Below are positions 45,861-49,306 of a DNA stretch of 49,306 bases, one piece after another. Source of the DNA: Deltaproteobacteria bacterium. Its GTDB lineage: Bacteria > Desulfobacterota > Syntrophobacteria > BM002. A program made the translations under genes and the position numbers. The stretch covers positions 1-49,306 of the forward strand of contig JAJDNT010000239.1 of assembly GCA_022340515.1 (NCBI GenBank), in the 5' to 3' direction. Numbering within the stretch: position 1 is the stretch's first letter; the number at the start of each line of letters is the position of its first letter. The notes beneath the pieces are model-generated. The model was not told the DNA's origin and did not search any database. It was given only the letters and a program-made list of their open reading frames with translations.

Positions 45861-47240
45861 ATGCGCATACTCCTGATTTCACCAAACACCGAAATGCTAC
45901 CCGACCCAGTCTTCCCTCTTGGACTGGCCTTTTTGGGCGGTGCGCTCGAGCTCAGCGCCCACGAGTACCAGGTCCTTGATCTTTGCTTCGTTGAGGACTA
46001 CGGAGAAGCTTTGGAGCGGGCTGTAGCTAATTTTAGCCCTGAAGTAATAGGACTTTCCTTGCGCAATGTAGATAATGTGGCCTATCCCAATACCCATTCC
46101 TATCTGCCTTTTTACCGGAAGGTGGTTTCACATTTGCGAAAGCTTACCACCGCACCCATAGTTCTGGGGGGCTCGGGATTCAGCCTTATGCCGGGACAAA
46201 TATTGAGAGATCTGGAAGCAGACTATGGTATCGTGGGTGAAGGTGAGATTTCTCTTATTCTTTTCCTTGACCAATTGGAGCGTGGCCAGTCTATCTATCG
46301 GGTGCCCGGCCTCATTACAGCCCATTCCAACAAATCCTCACAAGCAATTTCACCACAGCGTTTTTCCATTCAGGATATCATTATGCCTAGCAGGGAAAAG
46401 CTTGCCAATGAAGCTTACCTTCGTTTCGGCGGCATGGGAAACGTCCAAACCAAGAGAGGTTGTGGCTTTTCATGTGTCTACTGTACTTACCCTTTGATTG
46501 AGGGAAAAGAGATTCGGTTGCGATCACCTAAGCAAGTTGGAGAGGAAATCCAGCACCTTTATGATCAGGGTGTCGACAATGTTTTCGTTGTTGATAATGT
46601 GTTCAATTTCCCCCCGCACCACGCCCAATCAATATGCAAGGAAATTTTACAAAGGAACTTGGAGGTGAAGTGGAGCTGCTACCTCAATCCACAGTTTGTA
46701 ACCGAGTCTTTGCTGTCTCTAATGAAAGAGTCTGGTTGTACCGGAGTAGAGTTTGGCACTGACGCCGGCTCCGACTCGGTTTTGAAGAGATTGGGAAAGT
46801 CATTTACTACAGAGGAGGTGCGGCGAGCATCGGAACTCTGCCACAAAGTAGGGCTATCCTCATGCCACTCCTTGGTTTTTGGTGGTCCGGGGGAAAGCAA
46901 GGAAACCCTCCAAGAAACCTTTGCTCTCATGGACGAGGTCTCGCCTACTGCAGTAATTGCCATGGTGGGTATAAGGCTTTTTCCAGGTACAAAACTTGCG
47001 GATTTCGCCTCCCCCGTAGATTTGATTATCGAAGACGACTCAATGTTAAAACCGACTTTCTATCTGGCTCAGTCAGTACGTCCTTTCGTCCTCGATATTT
47101 TGTACGAGCATGTGAAGGAGAACAAGAACTGGATTTTACCGGGGTCAAACGTAAATATCGACAGAAGACTACAAGAAAAACTGCGACGCTTTGGTCTCAA
47201 GGGACCTCTGTGGGAACATATGCAAGTAAGGCGAAAGTAA
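45861..47240 (+). CDS. Lipid-biosynthesis cobalamin-binding radical SAM protein (ladderane-cluster type)
   Basis: MRILLISPNTEMLPDPVFPLGL, SLRNVDN, QTKRGCGFSCVYCTYP, DNVFNFP, EFGTDA, FGGPGE. Confidence 0.85.
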   Translation: MRILLISPNTEMLPDPVFPLGLAFLGGALELSAHEYQVLDLCFVEDYGEALERAVANFSPEVIGLSLRNVDNVAYPNTHSYLPFYRKVVSHLRKLTTAPIVLGGSGFSLMPGQILRDLEADYGIVGEGEISLILFLDQLERGQSIYRVPGLITAHSNKSSQAISPQRFSIQDIIMPSREKLANEAYLRFGGMGNVQTKRGCGFSCVYCTYPLIEGKEIRLRSPKQVGEEIQHLYDQGVDNVFVVDNVFNFPPHHAQSICKEILQRNLEVKWSCYLNPQFVTESLLSLMKESGCTGVEFGTDAGSDSVLKRLGKSFTTEEVRRASELCHKVGLSSCHSLVFGGPGESKETLQETFALMDEVSPTAVIAMVGIRLFPGTKLADFASPVDLIIEDDSMLKPTFYLAQSVRPFVLDILYEHVKENKNWILPGSNVNIDRRLQEKLRRFGLKGPLWEHMQVRRK

Positions 47241-47244
47241 AGAT

Positions 47245-47536
47245 CCAGCTGGCAGCTGGCAACAGGCAGCGCGCAGTGAACACAAGGCACTTTGGAATTT
47301 TTGATTTCGGATTTGGAGAGGCATAGAGCAGAGGGCATGGAGCATGGAGTAAGGAGCCAGAAGTCAGAATCCAGAATTCAGGAGAAAGGCAATCAAAGGC
47401 TTTTAAAGCCTTGAACGATTTGAACGAATCCGGCGAAGCCGGATGATAGAACGAATTAAACGATTTCAAAGGTTTCAACGTTTTGAACGGATTGAACAAT
47501 GGATCCGCTTGGGGCGGAACCACGGACGATGGACCA
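47245..47536. repeat. Composite block of 7-9 nt tandem repeats with embedded mini-hairpins
   Basis: GGCAGCT, GATTTCG, GCATAGA, CAGAATT, TTGAACGAT and CAATGGA-type arrays; hairpins at 47428-47444 and 47504-47518. Confidence 0.8.
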
Positions 47537-47557
47537 GGCTCTGCTTGCGATAAGGGA

Positions 47558-48385
47558 ATGAGCGTGCTGAATCTCCTCACGGTGGACTTGGAAGACTGGT
47601 TTCATATATGCGAGGTGGAAAATCTGTTGCCTAGGGAAAAGTGGAACAGTTTTCCATCCACCGTGGTTGCAGATACGGAGAAACTTTTGACTTTGTTCGC
47701 TCAGGCGAGTTCACAGGCAACTTTTTTCGTACTCGGCTATATTGCAGATAACCACCCTGAGCTAATTAAACGCATTCATGATATGGGACACGAAATTGGC
47801 TATCACGGCTGGGATCATGAACTAGTTTACAACCTGAGCCCACGAGAGTTTCGCCAGATTTTGCGCAAGGGAATTGACTGTATCGGAAAGCTGATAGATA
47901 AGAGACCCGTTGGTTTTCGGGCGCCCCAGTGGTCGATAAATGATCGCAGTAGTTGGGCTTTAGAGATTTTGGCTGAGGAGGGTTTTGTCTATGACTCCAG
48001 CCTGGCTCCCCTAAAGATTATTGGAAACGAGTCCTATCCGAGGATCCCCTGGAAGATAGAAACAACGACAGGATACTTATGGGAATTACCGCCCTTGACC
48101 CTAAAGACTCCCTTTGGCCACTATCCCGCCGGAGGCAGTTGGGGCTTAAGACTTTTGCCTTACCCCGTACTTAGACACAGGGTGCGGGGATTCAACCGGC
48201 GCCAGCTGCCCACACTTTTCTATTTTCATCCCAGAGAGTTCGGCGGGAATAAGGGCTCTATCGGCCTTCCTCCATCGAAGAAGTTTGCCCTGTACGGCGG
48301 TATCTGGGGCAGCGAATCGCAGCTCATCAAGCTTCTGGCTGATTTTCCCTTTACCTCCATCGAAAATTATCTGAGTAAATTTTAA
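47558..48385 (+). CDS. Polysaccharide deacetylase (CE4, DUF3473-type)
   Basis: TVDLEDWF, ATFFVLG, GHEIGYHGWDH, GFRAPQWS, YDSS, YFHPRE. ATG 47558. Confidence 0.88.
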   Translation: MSVLNLLTVDLEDWFHICEVENLLPREKWNSFPSTVVADTEKLLTLFAQASSQATFFVLGYIADNHPELIKRIHDMGHEIGYHGWDHELVYNLSPREFRQILRKGIDCIGKLIDKRPVGFRAPQWSINDRSSWALEILAEEGFVYDSSLAPLKIIGNESYPRIPWKIETTTGYLWELPPLTLKTPFGHYPAGGSWGLRLLPYPVLRHRVRGFNRRQLPTLFYFHPREFGGNKGSIGLPPSKKFALYGGIWGSESQLIKLLADFPFTSIENYLSKF

Positions 48386-48390
48386 ATCCT

Positions 48391-48440
48391 CCCGGCCCCC
48401 CATCGTCCGCCTGAGGCGGACTCAGGCGAGGCGGGTGGGG
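48391..48440 (-). repeat. REP-like hairpin related to the 2115-2154 insert, with a nested 15-nt hairpin
   Basis: Reverse complement CCCACCCGCCTCGCCTGAG[TCCGCCTCAGGCGGA]CGATGG versus CCCGCCCGCCTCGCCTGAG[CGACTCG]CGATGG; lies between convergent genes. Confidence 0.7.
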
Positions 48441-48446
48441 GGATTT

Positions 48447-49115
48447 TCAAATACTCTTCAATTTAATTTCCCTGTTATTGACCATCAGATAGTGGGGCGG
48501 GTATTCAGTCCAGGCGCCGGTATTGATGTAACGCACACCTTGGACAGTACGATCCTCTGGGTGGTGAGTATGACCGCAAGCAATGGCTCCGAAGCCTTTT
48601 TCTTTGGCGAATTTCACCGCATCGAGCATAAGCTTCCTTCGATAGAGTCGGTAAAAGGTCTCGAACTTACTGGCGAATTGAGCCACGTTCACTGGTTTGC
48701 GGCCCGATTTTACCAGAATAAACTGGACCACCTTGAATGGTCTGAAAAGCTGTTGAATCTTCGCCTTAGTTTTGTCGAGTTCGTTACCGTGGGTGATTAT
48801 CAGACGGTTGTCAACAGTGTGGATGCGCTTAAACTGGATTTTCCCTCTATCTCGAAGCAGAGAGCAGTCGTCGTGGTTTCCACGGATCCAAACAATATTT
48901 CTACGAAAAGATTCCTTCCCAATTAGATCAAGAATTTGCAGATTTTCCCGGGGCAAATTTGGATAGGAGCTGTCGATGATGTCACCGTTGAGAATAAGAT
49001 CGCATTCTTCAGGCAAGTTTTTGATGAAAAAAGTTATGAGGTGAGATAAGGTGTGGACAGACTCTAAATGCAGATCACTAATTACAACTGCTTCCATGGT
49101 GTCCTTAGATAGCAT
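48447..49115 (-). CDS. Calcineurin-like metallophosphoesterase (UDP-2,3-diacylglucosamine hydrolase-like)
   Basis: SDLH, NGDIID, GNHD, THG, CGHTH, YINTGAW. Confidence 0.82.
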   Translation of the reverse strand: MLSKDTMEAVVISDLHLESVHTLSHLITFFIKNLPEECDLILNGDIIDSSYPNLPRENLQILDLIGKESFRRNIVWIRGNHDDCSLLRDRGKIQFKRIHTVDNRLIITHGNELDKTKAKIQQLFRPFKVVQFILVKSGRKPVNVAQFASKFETFYRLYRRKLMLDAVKFAKEKGFGAIACGHTHHPEDRTVQGVRYINTGAWTEYPPHYLMVNNREIKLKSI

Positions 49116-49154
49116 ATTTCAAAATGCGGAGGCGGGTCATTTTGGATGTGCACC

Positions 49155-49306
49155 TGGAGTATTGGAATACTGGAGCAACTCGATTGCTGATTTGGGAATG
49201 CGGAATGCGGATTGTGTACTTTACATAAAGTTTCTGATTTCCCATTCATGTTTTTAAATCCGAAATCCGAGATCCAAAATTACAATTACTCCATTACTGC
49301 ACAACT
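49155..49306. repeat. Nested inverted arrays: 8-mer (GGAGTATT) enclosing 7-mer (GCGGAAT)
   Basis: tggagtattggaatactggag, gggaatgcggaatgcggattg, spacer, aatccgaaatccgagatccaaaat, attactccattactgc. Confidence 0.7.

Noticed and set aside
47069-47580. ORFs 47197..47580 and 47069..47338; also 1982..2197 and 45533..45889
   Set aside because: They are translations of repeat arrays or antisense overlaps (low-complexity peptides such as FKSFKALK), with no RBS or domain evidence.
1-49306. CRISPR array, tRNA or rRNA genes
   Set aside because: The repeats are 7-9 nt tandem units or isolated palindromes, with no constant repeat plus unique spacer pattern and no cas genes. No tRNA cloverleaf or rRNA signature was seen.

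Overview
A 49 kb window from an anaerobic diderm bacterium. Gene content (type IV pilin with a sigma54 promoter, HoxEFU/NuoEFG-like flavoprotein module, several radical SAM enzymes, CoA-activase system) fits Desulfobacterota/Deltaproteobacteria; this assignment is inference. Bases 1-19.5k hold mixed genes: OYE flavin oxidoreductase, SDR, HD protein, MFS exporter, radical SAM, dinB, GGDEF protein, FKBP PPIase, MltC-like lytic transglycosylase, an orphan diaphorase module, pilin plus an unusual PilP fusion, a small 4-Cys protein and an alkaline-phosphatase-superfamily enzyme. Bases 19.6k-49.1k form a roughly 29 kb cluster of four alternating operons for an unusual lipid. It encodes a type II FAS/PKS core (KS, non-catalytic KS/CLF, ACP, FabG, hot-dog dehydratase, thioesterase, atypical FabD), two cobalamin-binding radical SAM enzymes and a third radical SAM enzyme. 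It also encodes a PlsA/PlsR(Ger)-like CoA-activase plus DUF2229 reductase pair, head-group enzymes, and a probable export chain (MMPL, LolA-like protein, split peptidase/TolB plus Omp85). The leading hypothesis is a pathway for a radical-tailored, possibly ether-linked or membrane-spanning glycolipid. Many intergenic spaces are built from a shared set of 7-9 nt tandem repeats, MITE-like elements and 15-40 nt hairpins inserted into one another. No rRNA, tRNA or CRISPR array was seen. Family assignments come from reading motifs by eye, not from database searches.
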